A stretch of DNA of 60,400 bases, counting the filler, from Hausera hauseri (Eukaryota): assembly GCA_046269625.1 (NCBI GenBank). It is 11 parts of 11 records of this genome, joined end to end, with 100 filler letters (N's around TTAATTAATTAA, not from the genome) between each part and the next. Parts side by side here need not be neighbours in the genome. Positions count along the whole stretch, not along the records: positions 21,747 to 26,244 come from JBJURY010552783.1; positions 26,345 to 30,739 come from JBJURY010603222.1; positions 30,840 to 34,789 come from JBJURY010863964.1; positions 34,890 to 39,779 come from JBJURY010401812.1; 7 more parts are not named here. The stretch is one strand, 5' to 3'. Below are positions 22,800 through 35,130 of the stretch, piece by piece. Both the position numbers and the translations under genes were made by a program. Position 1 is the stretch's first letter; each line of letters starts with the position of its first letter. Below the pieces are notes generated by a model. That model had not been told where the DNA came from, searched no databases, and saw only the letters and a list, made by a program, of their open reading frames with translations.

Positions 22800-25277
22800 C
22801 AAAAACCTTTAAGCCTTCATCTTCAACATTTCACAATATTCTCACGAGGTCAAGCGCTGCATTTGCACAACGCCGTCGTGACCTCCAAGCAGAACGCCAA
22901 AACATGGTTCAAGCTGAAATTTTGTAATTTGAACGTTGGATTTAATTTTGCAGCAATCCGACGGTCTACTTCTCACTGGGCTTCACCATTTTACATAGTA
23001 CTAAGAAAGATGGCACGCTTCTGCCTTGTGGAAATTATCGTCCTTATTAACCCCTTAACTATACCAGAAAGTTACCCTCTCCTTATGATCTCTGACATTT
23101 TCCGCAGATTAAATGGTAGCAACATATTTTCCACCGTGGACTTTCACAAATGTTATCATCAGATTCCAGTCTCTCCGGAAGATATTCAGAAGTCTGCTAT
23201 GACAACACCATTTGGTTTTTTCGAATACTCTACATGCCGGATGGACTTCGCAACGCTGCCCAAACATTCCAGCAACATACAGACTCTGTGCAGATTTGCA
23301 TTTTGCATCCCCATATAACGACGACACCTTATAGCCTCCGGATACAAAGAACAATACATGGAACACATGGGCACTCTTCTTAAACGCCTTCACGATCATA
23401 ATTTCCAAGTGAATAGGAGTGCATCTCATTTCTCGGCCCAGTCTGTCAGATTCTTGGGCCATGTCATTTCGGCGCAAGGGAACGCACCATTGCCTGAGCG
23501 ATTTATTCCATTCGGAATATTGCTTGTCCATCGACCGTGACAGAACTGCGTAGCTTTCTAGGAATGGTTAACCTGTGCCACAAGTATATTCATAACTGTT
23601 CACATTTCTCTGTGAATCTCTCTGACCTAGATTCTGGTCCAAACGACGTAAAATTCAGTGAACGGATTAAACTAAAATCACAGCTATAGGATCACAGGAT
23701 CGCAGGGTCACAGCTCATCCAAAAAAGGACGCACCATTGTATATGTTCACTGACGCATCTAAAATAGTTGCAGGCGCAGTTCTACATCAACTGAACAACA
23801 AAACTCACGGGCCATTAGAATTCTTGAGCTATAAGTTCTCTAAAACCGAAACGCGTTAGTCGACTTTTGGTAGAGAGCTGCTTTCAATTTTTCTAGCCAT
23901 AAAACATTTTCAACACATGCTGACTGGGCGTTTTTCACAATCCAAGCCGACCATAAGCCGTTAATAAAAATGCTGCAAATGCGCAACCCTTCTCCACGCT
24001 AAGAAAGGCAAATTTCGTTTATCTCTGAATTTAATTTTAATATTCTATATATACCAGGCGAGAAAAAGGTTGTGGGTGATTTTATATTATGGTCTGTGCC
24101 GTCGATCTATTTTCTTCCGGTATTCTCTCAAGAAACACTTCGGCAAAATCCACCGCCACCATCCAACATCTCACAATTTAAGAATACCGAAACCATAGAA
24201 GGTGTCATCTTTTATATCTCACTGTCGGGAACTTTTGGACTATATTTTCAGAGGCTTTACGCAAACAAGCCTTTGATCACATCTATAATCTTCACCATTC
24301 CGGTATTTCAAACACTTATCGTCTTCTTTATACCAAAGTAATTTGGCCAGCCATGCGTCGAAACGTAAAACACAGGGTTTCTCATTGCATTCCATTCTAA
24401 AAATTCAAAACTTCGCGGCACATTAAACCACCGTTATATCATTTACCGACGACGTCACGTTTTGACACTGTCTATACTGCCCTCTCTCACCTATCCGAGG
24501 GTTCGCTTACTTGCTGACCATGCCTGATAGATCAACAAGATGGCCAGATATCATACCACTTCTTAATATCAAAGCTGATATCATTCTCAAATGGGTCAAC
24601 TGCTTCGGAACACCAAAACATCTCATCCCCAATCAAATATGCCAATTTAAATCCTCACTCTTTAAAGCGCTAGTCGCTCGTTTGAGAATCGAGCATATTC
24701 ACACTTCCCATACCATCTTCAAGCCAACGGAGTTTTGGAACGATTTTACCACACCTTTAAAGCTTCGTTAAATATTCTCGCAGACAATAACGATCAGTGG
24801 CTAGACATCATTCCGTACGTTTTACTTGGTTTGAGAAATACGCCAAGTTCATCGACTAATCACATTCCAGCTCAAACATTATTCAGTACATCACTCCGCC
24901 TGCTTTAAGACCTAGTTGAAAAGACAACTGACACAACGGAGCGTGACATAGAGGCAGCTAGAAAACATTCTGAATCATTGGACGATGATAAATTTTGCCG
25001 TACAACAAACAATTATAAAGAGTTTGTACCAGAAAATATGTTTACAGCGAAATTTGTTATTCTAAAAATTCAAACAAAGGCGGGTTTACAGTCAACTTAC
25101 ACCGTGCCATATAGAGTTTTAGAATGGCACTCACATACCATCAAAATACTGAAAAATAATAAAATAACTTCGGCTCATTTAACTAATATAAAACCAGCAT
25201 TCATAATGCATGACGAACTTGAAACTATAGAACAGCCGATCAATGATTCCTCGTTCCGCAAACGTTTATTAAACTAA
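22800..25277 (+). mobile_element. pol: Decayed Ty3/Gypsy pol (CsRn1-like): RT-RNase H-IN
   Basis: SHWASP, YHQIPV, TTPFG, FLGHVIS, FTDAS, TFGRELL, ADHKP, DRSTRWPD, HLQANGVLERF across many frameshifts. Confidence 0.88.
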
Positions 25278-25519
25278 AACTTACCACCGAAATCTGGCAT
25301 AAACAACCGCGAAATTATCAACCAGTACAATCGTACTGGAAACTTACTGTGGTGCCCACAATGCATTGTGACCCTTTGGCCAATTAAGGCCGGTGCAACG
25401 TTTTCGTCCCGACGGTGTCCCTATCTCGGGCCGGCTGTTTTCCCTCGGAAGATCTTGCCGTTAGACGGTCCAAACTTACATTTAGTGTTTTTAATATTGC
25501 ATGACACGTCTGATTCTTA

Positions 25520-25990
25520 TTCTAGTACGGATCTCACAATAAACAACATTCCTTCTGCAGTGCCAGACGATCATGTAAAGAAGCTGTTTTGTAAATTTGG
25601 TTCGATAAAGTCATGCAAATTATTAAGAAATAATGATAAATATACAAAAATGTTTGATTTTTGTGAATATAGTGATCCAAAAGGCGCAAAAAATACCCTG
25701 CAACATTTGCATAATTATAAACTTCACGCTCGAATACTGAAAGTTTCTTATGCAAAATTACTTCCAAAACCAAAAGCTAAGTCAATTGGAGTAACGAATT
25801 TGCCGAAAAGCACACAAAAGGAAAATGTCGTATCAATCAAATTAACTGGTTGCTGTCATTTAACAAATTGAGGTATTGAAATATTGGCTCAGTCTTTTCC
25901 CAATATTGAACTGACTCAACTATCGCTGCAATTTCTAGTAAAATTTTGCCACAAATTGGAAAACGTATCGGTAAAATTTCTGAAAATATC
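25520..25990 (+). pseudogene. ELAV/Sex-lethal-like RRM protein fragment (RRM1 plus disrupted RRM2)
   Basis: TDLTINNIP..LFCKFGSIKSCKLLR..FCEY..LKVSYA then KSIGVTNLPKSTQKE. The RRM1-linker-RRM2 spacing resembles ELAV/Sxl. Confidence 0.6.
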
Positions 25991-26956
25991 ATATTTATCA
26001 AATTCGGTTACGGAGAAACCGTGGGCAACTGATTCAATTTTCAGCAAATCATTATTTCGAGAAGCAACCAGTGCAGGTTAGAATTAAGCAGCTGTTGATA
26101 TCCAGACTGACGCAAAAGTCATGTAACAGCTAATTTTGATAAAACAGTACAATGGAATGTGAAAATTACAAAAATACATTATTGGCAATTTCGCGTATAG
26201 CAACCCTCTTCTAGGGGCCCCGAAGCATCTGCAGATTCCAGAGANNNNNNNNNNNNNNNNNNNNNNNNNNNNNNNNNNNNNNNNNNNNTTAATTAATTAA
26301 NNNNNNNNNNNNNNNNNNNNNNNNNNNNNNNNNNNNNNNNNNNNGTTTCTGCAAACGAAGCCAGAATTTTGCACTTTTTCAAGTCTCCTCCGCTACGTTT
26401 AGGAATGTTGAATTTTGACAGATATTTCGTTTCTTTTCTCCATCTAATGTATTCGTCCAATTAACAATCCCATTTTCTCTCATCCATAATTTCGTTCATG
26501 CCCATAAATCGAAAACACTGCAAATCGAATATTAAAAGAATTCAAAATTTCTAAACATAGTAGGGGAGAATTGAACAAGTGTCGAAATACTGTCACATTT
26601 AAGATGTCCAATTGCAAAACGTAAAACATATGGAAAAACATGACTTTTAAACACTATTCGATGGCCAACTTCATTGTTCAACAAGCAAAATCCATTGATA
26701 TAGATTTTTCTAAATATTGCCTGAACTCATTTTATTGTTGTTTTTTGATGTGGAGTCAACTTTCCGTTAGGCCTATTCAGATTTTTGGTTGTGGTTATTA
26801 TCCAAATTGTAATAAATGATATTTCCTCAAAAGGTCAACCTTCAATAACCTTTGATGGATTGATCCACCATAAGTGTACGTCTCGCAATACATATGCACT
26901 ATCCCTCAATCATGTTATTTTGTTTGTTGTACTTCGGAGGACACCGTAACATCTTG

Positions 26957-27141
26957 TACAGTATTCCCCGGACCCACTTCTTTTGGTTCAGTGACATGGG
27001 TTTTTATTCCTATGGTATTTCAATTAAGAGCTGTCTAGAAGAAACTGCAGAAAGTCGGTCAGCTTCTGTGAATCTTAAAAAATATTGATTTTCATAACAT
27101 GAGTCAAAATTATGCAAAAAATGGGTCCTGGAGATACTATA
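26957..27141. mobile_element. Possible decayed MITE
   Basis: Imperfect inverted ends TACAGTATTCCCCGGACCCA and TGGGTCCTGGAGATACTATA. Confidence 0.35.
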
Positions 27142-27404
27142 TTAGGCCAAAAAATTGATAGTGACCCTTTGGGGTCCTCAATCGCATATATAGAACATGT
27201 TTTCAATAACATACAAAACTGGATATAATTCAGTTAGCGTTACAATTGAATTAATTTGCAGTATTGTTTCATTATGTTTATCCATTGTTGCTATGTCAAT
27301 TTGTAGCAATCTGTGATGATACAAATCTTTGTTTTCTGCATTGGCCGGAGTATTCCATTTACTGAACATTGGTTGTAAATTTTTACCATTCAATTTCATT
27401 TCCC

Positions 27405-28178
27405 ATGATTGTAGTTTGGTGTACAATTTTATATTTCAGTTTATTTATATTTTACCCACCGACTGTTCAATGTTTTATGAACTACCTTTTAAACTGTGGC
27501 TATGTTGCATCAAAGTACCAACTGAAATACTTTCTATTCCAAAACAACAATTGCATATTTACTGGTGAAACATCGAATTCCATATCAACAAACACGACAT
27601 ACAAATTGAGTCAAAATATTTTAATGTATCGAACGGTGGCTGGATCTGGAGTTGACCCTTATGCGGTATTCACTGATACTAGTAACACGTATGTCAATTC
27701 ATCATTGGGTAATAATTACAAAAGTTATTTGTGGAACATTTGGTCTGTTATCAAACCAACTAAAATTTCTGTGGTGATCAAGGACAATTCGGGAAATATT
27801 AATGCATCATTTCAGTTTGTGGTGAATTCGACGGATACGAGAGAGTCTTGGTTTTCCTCGAATAACCTCATCAATAGTTATCCATGGTTAACGTCTGTCA
27901 TTATTTCAGATCAGTTTGTTGATTTCATGATTCGAGGAGCGTTTAATCGGGTATTTCCGATGTTCAAACAGTTTTCTGGATGTGATAAAGACAACGGATA
28001 TCTCACCATATTAAACAGTAGAGATGATTGTTTGACCAAATATGGCTGTGAGTTGAGAATGGCCCCAATAATTATTTTCACAACCCCCTCGAATGATATT
28101 TTCACTGGTGGGAATTGTGGAAGGGTTTTGGAAATTTATGGCGAATTTGGTAATGCTAATGTATTTGTCAATCAATGA
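27405..28178 (+). CDS. Single-exon predicted secreted cysteine-containing protein, unknown function
   Basis: Intact ORF with signal-peptide-like N-terminus. Motifs YRTVAGSG, NYKS..W, WFS..L..S, GC..D.G.L resemble an uncharacterised invertebrate extracellular domain. Confidence 0.7.
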   Translation: MIVVWCTILYFSLFIFYPPTVQCFMNYLLNCGYVASKYQLKYFLFQNNNCIFTGETSNSISTNTTYKLSQNILMYRTVAGSGVDPYAVFTDTSNTYVNSSLGNNYKSYLWNIWSVIKPTKISVVIKDNSGNINASFQFVVNSTDTRESWFSSNNLINSYPWLTSVIISDQFVDFMIRGAFNRVFPMFKQFSGCDKDNGYLTILNSRDDCLTKYGCELRMAPIIIFTTPSNDIFTGGNCGRVLEIYGEFGNANVFVNQ

Positions 28179-29539
28179 AAGGAGACGAAATGGGAGATAT
28201 TGAACTGAAATCATTATTTGTTCTCATTTTAGTTTATCATGTATTGTAATCCTTTTTAATGTTTGATTATCTTTTTTCTTTTGAAGTATTTAAATACATA
28301 ATTTTAGCATTGAAGTGGTAAAATTTTGATTTTACGTTTTTGGATGATTTACAGAAATATTCATAAATTGATTACGCAGTCTGTTTTACGCGAGAAAATT
28401 TATGATGTTCTTAATATTTTATTATTAAAGAAAATAATCGATATTTTATTACTACTTTGTTGGGATATCATTCGATTTTATATGGAAGGAGTAAATTTAA
28501 CCAATGATAGTAAATGATTGGAAGGAGGAATCTTATACAAAATATTACTTACAAGAGACTGGAAATTATAATTTGAAATGTGGCAATATGCTAACTCAAC
28601 TTTATTCCTGACTTAATGGGGTGTAAATGAAAAGGCCACAAAATTATTGTGGAAGGCGATTGTTACCTGCAGAGCACTTTTATCCATCCTCTCCTTTCTA
28701 TGTATTGTCAACATGAGGAGAGGTCAAGGTCATTTCTAGTTACGATAAATGAATTACCACAGGTGATTTTAAAAACTGTGCAGATGTCATTTAGATTTAC
28801 TTTATTACATTGTGTATTTCTCAAAATATGATAAACAAATTCTGGATGATTAAACGTAAACGAAATCCATTTATAAGAAATGAATGCTTTTAAAATAAAA
28901 TCATTTAAAAATATTGATTTAAAACAATATTCTATTAAACCATGTTCAATTAATATTTAAGAATTCACAAAATCCCAATTTGAATAATTTTGTTATTTTG
29001 AATTAGATTTAGGTCCAATGACCAAATGGAAATTCTTTATGAAATTATACAATCAAATACAGAGCATGAGTCATTTCAACAACTCCATTACTCTGATCTT
29101 CATCTATAAATTGGTTGCTGATGTTTATACCACCCAAATATTTTGTATTTCTAAAATATCCCCAGACTATTCCTATATAAGTATCATCGAAATGATAACA
29201 ACAAATTGGATAAATATTGTTCGTGATAACGTCAGTACTCCACCTCGATGGGTCTATGAATCCTTGATGATTTACATTTTATGTGGGCGTTTAGGCAATT
29301 CTGGCCATCAAAGTCTGACCAACATAATTTTAAAGGTATTCATTCGAATAATGATGTGGTCGTTAAAATTTTCTAATTGAATTTACAGTAAATTTATATA
29401 CACCCGTTGTCATTTATTAAGATGCCTAAATGAAATAAGTCAACCATATTTTGTTAAATTTATGGAAAGGAAGACAATTCTCACCTTTAAAACCGTTCTT
29501 ATTAAAATACAACACAGATCCTTGAAACTCGAACAGTGT

Positions 29540-30739
29540 ACCATTTTCCTTTGACGTTCTATGAGACGACGCAAACGCCGACTCGAGAGATTTTGAATTT
29601 CGATCCTCTGATTCCAGATACGACCCTTGAATTAAATTCGTTGTACTCAAACGATAACGGCTGTACATCGTTGTTTGTATTTCTTCTAGCATCGTCCATA
29701 ACTCCATCAAAATTGAATTCAAAGGCCTTAATAACAGCATCTCGAATAATTTCCATACACAGGATACACTTTTCTGAAACCACCTGCAATTCACGCCAAA
29801 CATGTAACATTTCATCTCTACTATTGCAGATAAGTCTTTATTTTTGACCAGAATACACAGGCAAAAGGTAGTTAGTAGTCTCAACTGCAGATTCAATTTG
29901 CTGTTTGAGTTTTGAACCCCTTGTTCAAAGGTCTAGTGCTTTTGTTGATAAGCAGCAACCGATTTGGGACTACCCCCAACTTCTTCGGTTATAACTAATT
30001 TTTTCTCTTGTATGTGGACTAATAAATCCTGACAATTGTTCAGGAATTTATGTAAGTCCCACGATGCTTTAAGCAACTGGATTGTTGTTTCAATTGGTTC
30101 CAGCAGATTTGCCCATGCCTCGTTGATTCGATCTTTCCATTGAGCAATTTCTGCACATTCAGCGTGACCTTGATTGATCATAAAGTCACACATTTCGTTT
30201 GCTGAATTTATTCTACGTCCACCCATCGGGTTCGTTTCTTTCGCAAACTCGGTGAATCTGTCTTGCAACAAACAGCAATGTTTCTAATCCGATCCCATTT
30301 CATGGCTACTCGCCAACACTATCCATTCTACTATCCAAGCTTCTAAATATTGGGTTTCTTTGAGAAGATGGAACATTCTCAGTCGATGATTGTCAACTTC
30401 GTTGTTTAACAGCTTTAGTCGACGAATTAACTACTGAACAACCAATTGAGAATCTCCAATGTTACCATTGTTTTGGATTTAATTGAATTTCTNNNNNNNN
30501 NNTATCTTCGATATCTCGTAAGAATTGTCGGACTTGCTTTTGATTCTGTAAATTTTCACGCTTCAATTTGCTTTACCTTAACTCTGACCTTCTGTTGCAT
30601 TTGTTCAATTTCTTCTCTGTCTGGATATTGCCCCTTCAATTCAATGGCTCGAATCTCCGCATCTTCGAATACTTTTAGTTTCTGTTCTATTTCTTTGTCT
30701 TTTTTCTCTTGGTCTTCCAACTGCTCGTTAATTTCCACC
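29540..30739 (-). pseudogene. Beta-spectrin repeat region, disrupted copy
   Basis: LQDRFTEFAKET..GHAECAEIAQWKDRINEAWANLLE..ASWDLHKF, continuing YSGQK*..EMLHVWRELQ. In-frame stops and frameshifts are present. Confidence 0.85.
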
Positions 30740-31002
30740 NNNNNNNNNNNNNNNNNNNNNNNNNNNNNNNNNNNNNNNNNNNNTTAATTAATTAANNNNN
30801 NNNNNNNNNNNNNNNNNNNNNNNNNNNNNNNNNNNNNNNGCAGCAGATTGTACCTCTATAGAAAATTTAATTGTTGTGTTAAATCAAATGAACATTCACC
30901 GATTGTACGATACAAACTACTTTAATGCTGTTGAAAAGGTACGCGGTGAATTAAAGAACTTGAAAGAGAAAATAATGGACAAAATACACGACTAACAGTT
31001 TG

Positions 31003-31152
31003 TGTGTACTATGTAAACAAAGAAAAGTGGACACGGTATTCTTAATGTGCGGCTATCTCGTTGTTTGTCAAATGTGCTACACCAAAGTAACCCACTGTCC
31101 AGAATGTAAATGTACTATAACGGAAATTGTACACATTATTAATGACTTTTAA
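31003..31152 (+). pseudogene. IAP/MDM-type C3HC4 RING finger (His replaced by Tyr)
   Basis: Manual translation CVLCKQRKVDTVFLMCGYLVVCQMCYTKVTHCPECKCTI. Below the ORF-track cutoff. Confidence 0.75.
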
Positions 31153-32009
31153 CAGAACCAAACAGCATCATGGACTTCAATGACATAGAGGTAATTTTAA
31201 CTTGTATCATTTGTGAGAAAATACTCAAAGTAAATGTCTATTGTTTACAATGGAAACAAATCGCTATGAACAAATTTTATATAAATATAGATGCAATTTC
31301 ATTTCACGTTTGTCTTTAAAATGTCTTCGGAAAACAATTCAGGTGACAGATCTGCGATATTCGCTCAATATTCGTCCAGAAATTCCTGGTTGTATAATAG
31401 ATACAACTTACAATATCTGCGCAATTCAATTGCCATTGACGCAAAGGGTCAAAATCAAATCTGTGAAATATGGTCTATTGGTGAAGATCATCGACGATTA
31501 TTTGGATACAATAGAAGACAATTAAAAAGTTGACAGTGATTTCGTGTTGACTAACAATATCCGAAACACCGCCCATTTTTCTCAAGGGAAAATTGACGAA
31601 AATTGTCAATTCACGTGGAGAAACCAGCAGCAATTTTGCCACCGGAAGGAAATAAAGGCTATTTAACATTGAAGTTGAAAGGACACAAGGACCTGCACGG
31701 CGTTAAATCACCAATATTGACGCTGGGAAAGTTTACGTTGATTTAATAAAAGTAATTGAGTTTGTTTTGTTTTTGTTAATTTTCTTATTGTTTCTCGCCT
31801 CATTAGATTAAATATATAGATAAAATAAATGATAATAAACCAAGACAAAACATTGAACAATGTGCATTATTGGCAAAACACAGATTGAATTGTCTGTCAC
31901 AATATACAGATGATAATCAAAATAACAGGTAATTGTTGCAGTATCTGGATCACTGCACTGCATCACATTGATCTGGTTGAGTTGCGTCGTCATAGCACCG
32001 AATGTGTGC

Positions 32010-33157
32010 GTGTTTATTTTACCCACCAATGTCCGTACGCCCAACTTTTATTTCACCCCACCCACTTACGCTTATCATCATTACATGATAAAGCGACTTT
32101 TGTATTCGTTACCGTATACAGCTGGTGCTCAATTGATGGTGCCTTTAATTGCCATTCTCCTCTGCCTTCATAGACACGGCTATAAACACCGTGGTTTATT
32201 TCCTTCTGTGCCAGCTGAACTTCTTTTATGCGCATTTTCAGTCCACAGTCCGTTAAAAGGCTATAGCATTTTGGCAGTAGAAATATCCATCCCCGATACT
32301 GAACCCGACTTTCGCTTTCATCCTTGAAGCAGCCGATTTTGTTTGTGATGGCGTTGCTGTTCAATGGATGATTCTGTGGGTAATTGGACGTGTCCAGTAA
32401 TCCGTCTGCAGTCATTTACCGCAATAGCTGTTCGTGATCGACGTTTTTCAGTTTAAAGAAAAAAACTGTCTGTGTCACCGGCAATTATATTAATGTTGCA
32501 GCCGTCAAACCTTTGCCGGTATCGTGCCGTTTCAAGATACTGCAGCTAATACATCCAGAACTTGCTCAGATCTATACCACTTGTCCTATATAACTGGGCC
32601 GGTCCAGTACGACTTCTTTCCTGTTTAAAAGTACGTCAACCAATCCATCGGCAATGTGCACTGATCGCCTGAACTGCGCCTTGCTGGTGTACGTGACCAA
32701 CTGCGTTTCACTGTTGCATAGGCGCACGTTGAGCCGCTTTTTCAGATTCTATACTGTTTTTCCGTATAGAGAATTGTTTTTTAGCTTGTAATAGTACTTT
32801 CCAAACTTACTACAAGCTACAGCTCGTTTCTCCGAATTCCGATCAATGTACGCCTTGAATATCGGAGCCTGTGCGAATCGCATTACGCGATCTAATCATG
32901 TGACGCGTACACCCAGCTGCATGTAAAATTGCAACAGACGCCAATGAATAATGTAATTTGATTTGGGTTTATGCGTCATAAGCAGCTTCTTTAACTTTGA
33001 GCCAGGCGGACACTGACTAATTGGTGCGACTGGTAATTCATGCCGAAAGACATGCAGCTCACCTGGTACCACGAGAACGACTTCCATCAGGTATCCGATT
33101 GAGCTGTTTTCTGCCGTGTCTGCTGTCGGCAGATTTTCCATTATGTCGTCCAGATCT
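32010..33157 (-). pseudogene. Protein-primed DNA polymerase B, C-terminal half
   Basis: GYLMEV, YYKLKNNSLYGKT, GDTDS, LDTSNYPQNHP, IGCFKDE, DDKRKW..AYGHW. Confidence 0.9.
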
Positions 33158-33159
33158 TG

Positions 33160-33450
33160 TCTGTCGAGCGTGACCTACGACAAACTGGTAGTTGCGGTGG
33201 TTTTGTTGTCAATACACAAACGCCGTCGTTACCGGGCGAACATTGGATTGCTCTGTACGTATATCTTACCGTCGTCAGAGTATTCAACCCGCTCGAATTT
33301 TATTATCTCTCATCGTTAGTTTCTCAAATTGAAAGATAATCACGTCATCATCGTGTTGAATATAATGGACTTTATTATCAACATCCATTGACCGTATCAT
33401 GTGGACATTACTGTTTATAGTGGCTTATGTTACAAACACTTGTATGAATT
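33160..33450 (+). pseudogene. Adenain-type cysteine protease, 5'-truncated
   Basis: GFVVNT..PGEHWIALYV..VFNPL, then YQHP..SCGHYC. Confidence 0.85.
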
Positions 33451-35130
33451 TGAAATATTATTTCGTTATTTCACTTCGGTGTCTTTGTTACATGTTACAA
33501 ATATTGGATTCTATTATTGTACGATTACAACATTTGTCGCGACTCATTAGTTCGTATTACTTGTTTGATGGTGATACACCTTTATTATTGTAATCTCAGG
33601 CATTCTCGTGATTAGTAGTAATTGGTTATGGTTTGTGTGATGGTAATTTAATAGATAGATTCGTCAGATTTAATTGTTGCTGTACAATAGAATAAAATTT
33701 GACTTTCACACAAAGCATTTATAATGATGATGATGATGGTAATTTTTGACATTAACGCGTTTCGTTCGGATTTAAAGTGCTGTTAATCAGAAAATAAAAC
33801 AAATCTTGATCTTTACAATGATAATTTTTACCATTAATGCGTTTCGAGCCGTTTTTCGCCATCTCCCGATGATCTGATCGTGAGGCGTCTATAATATGAA
33901 ATGTACATCTTATAACGGGCGACGTGTCTAACTGATTTCCACCACCGACCGACTTTGACAAGAGGAAATTTTTTGAGTTTCAAATTTTTCCCAACGCTTT
34001 TCCAACGACCTTGAACCGTATCCATTCGATTTGCCGACATCGATTTCACCTTTTTTTCGAGTACTAGCATGTTAGCAATGTGTGCGTTACTCGTGGCCCA
34101 TTTCTTGTTTTGCATTTTTGTTCTCTAGCTCCTCGTCCTTAATTTTGTGAGTTCCTCACCGCTATAAACTTTTGATCGTCTCGTCACGCGCAACCGATTT
34201 GACTCAGCCCACGGATCATTGATCGACCTCCTTTTCGGTTAGGAGGAAGTCGTGAGAAAGTTTAGTTGAATGATCGTTTTAGCCAATCAGGTGGAGAAAA
34301 GTGGTTCTCTGACTAATCAGAGTAGTGCGGTAGAAAAGATACTTTTTCCTACTTCAGTCATCATAAGTAGGTAGATGTGAGGACATGACCCAAACCCCAC
34401 CCCCAGGGAAGGAATGAAAGAAGTTGTTTGGGATGAGTCATGGGGTAGAAAAGTGATACACGCGCACTCGGTTAATATGGCGGAGATGGGAGGCACACGG
34501 TCATGAGAGTGATACACACAAGCACGTGTACTGTATGGATTCGGAGTGGTTTAAAAATTTGAATTGGGCGCCAAACATTTTTTTTGTTTAAATTTTGGAT
34601 TTGAACAAAGGGATTTTGGCGTAGACAGGGTTTCACTATTCCCACTCCCTTTTTGTTTAAATTTTGCAAAGCTGCTATAAATACCCATGTGAAACTGTCA
34701 CTTATGAAAAATGACTCAACCAGATATCTTGTCATCATTTAAATCAAAAATGACAGTTTATGCAGCAGTGATTAAGTTGAAACAGGAAGNNNNNNNNNNN
34801 NNNNNNNNNNNNNNNNNNNNNNNNNNNNNNNNNTTAATTAATTAANNNNNNNNNNNNNNNNNNNNNNNNNNNNNNNNNNNNNNNNNNNNATACGTACAGT
34901 CTTAATTTCCAGCGGCGTTTTTCTTTAATCGTCGTGTAATGTAATGGTCGTAAACAACAAATGTCATAAATGTACGAAAGTTCCTTTACCTGATGTTTCT
35001 CCACTTTCTGTAGGTCGAATAACATTGTTTTCTGTCATTTTATTGAACTAATTATGTTAATCGCTTTTAAATATCGTAGATCGTTGACTTCACTAATGAG
35101 TTGTAGATAACTCTGATTAATCAATGAATT

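Larger units (their letters stand above)
30840..34355. mobile_element. Maverick/Polinton (adintovirus-like) internally deleted copy
   Basis: pPolB C-terminal half (minus) abuts a partial adenain (plus). 33750-34355 is the reverse-complement homologue of 41920-42420. Confidence 0.85.
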
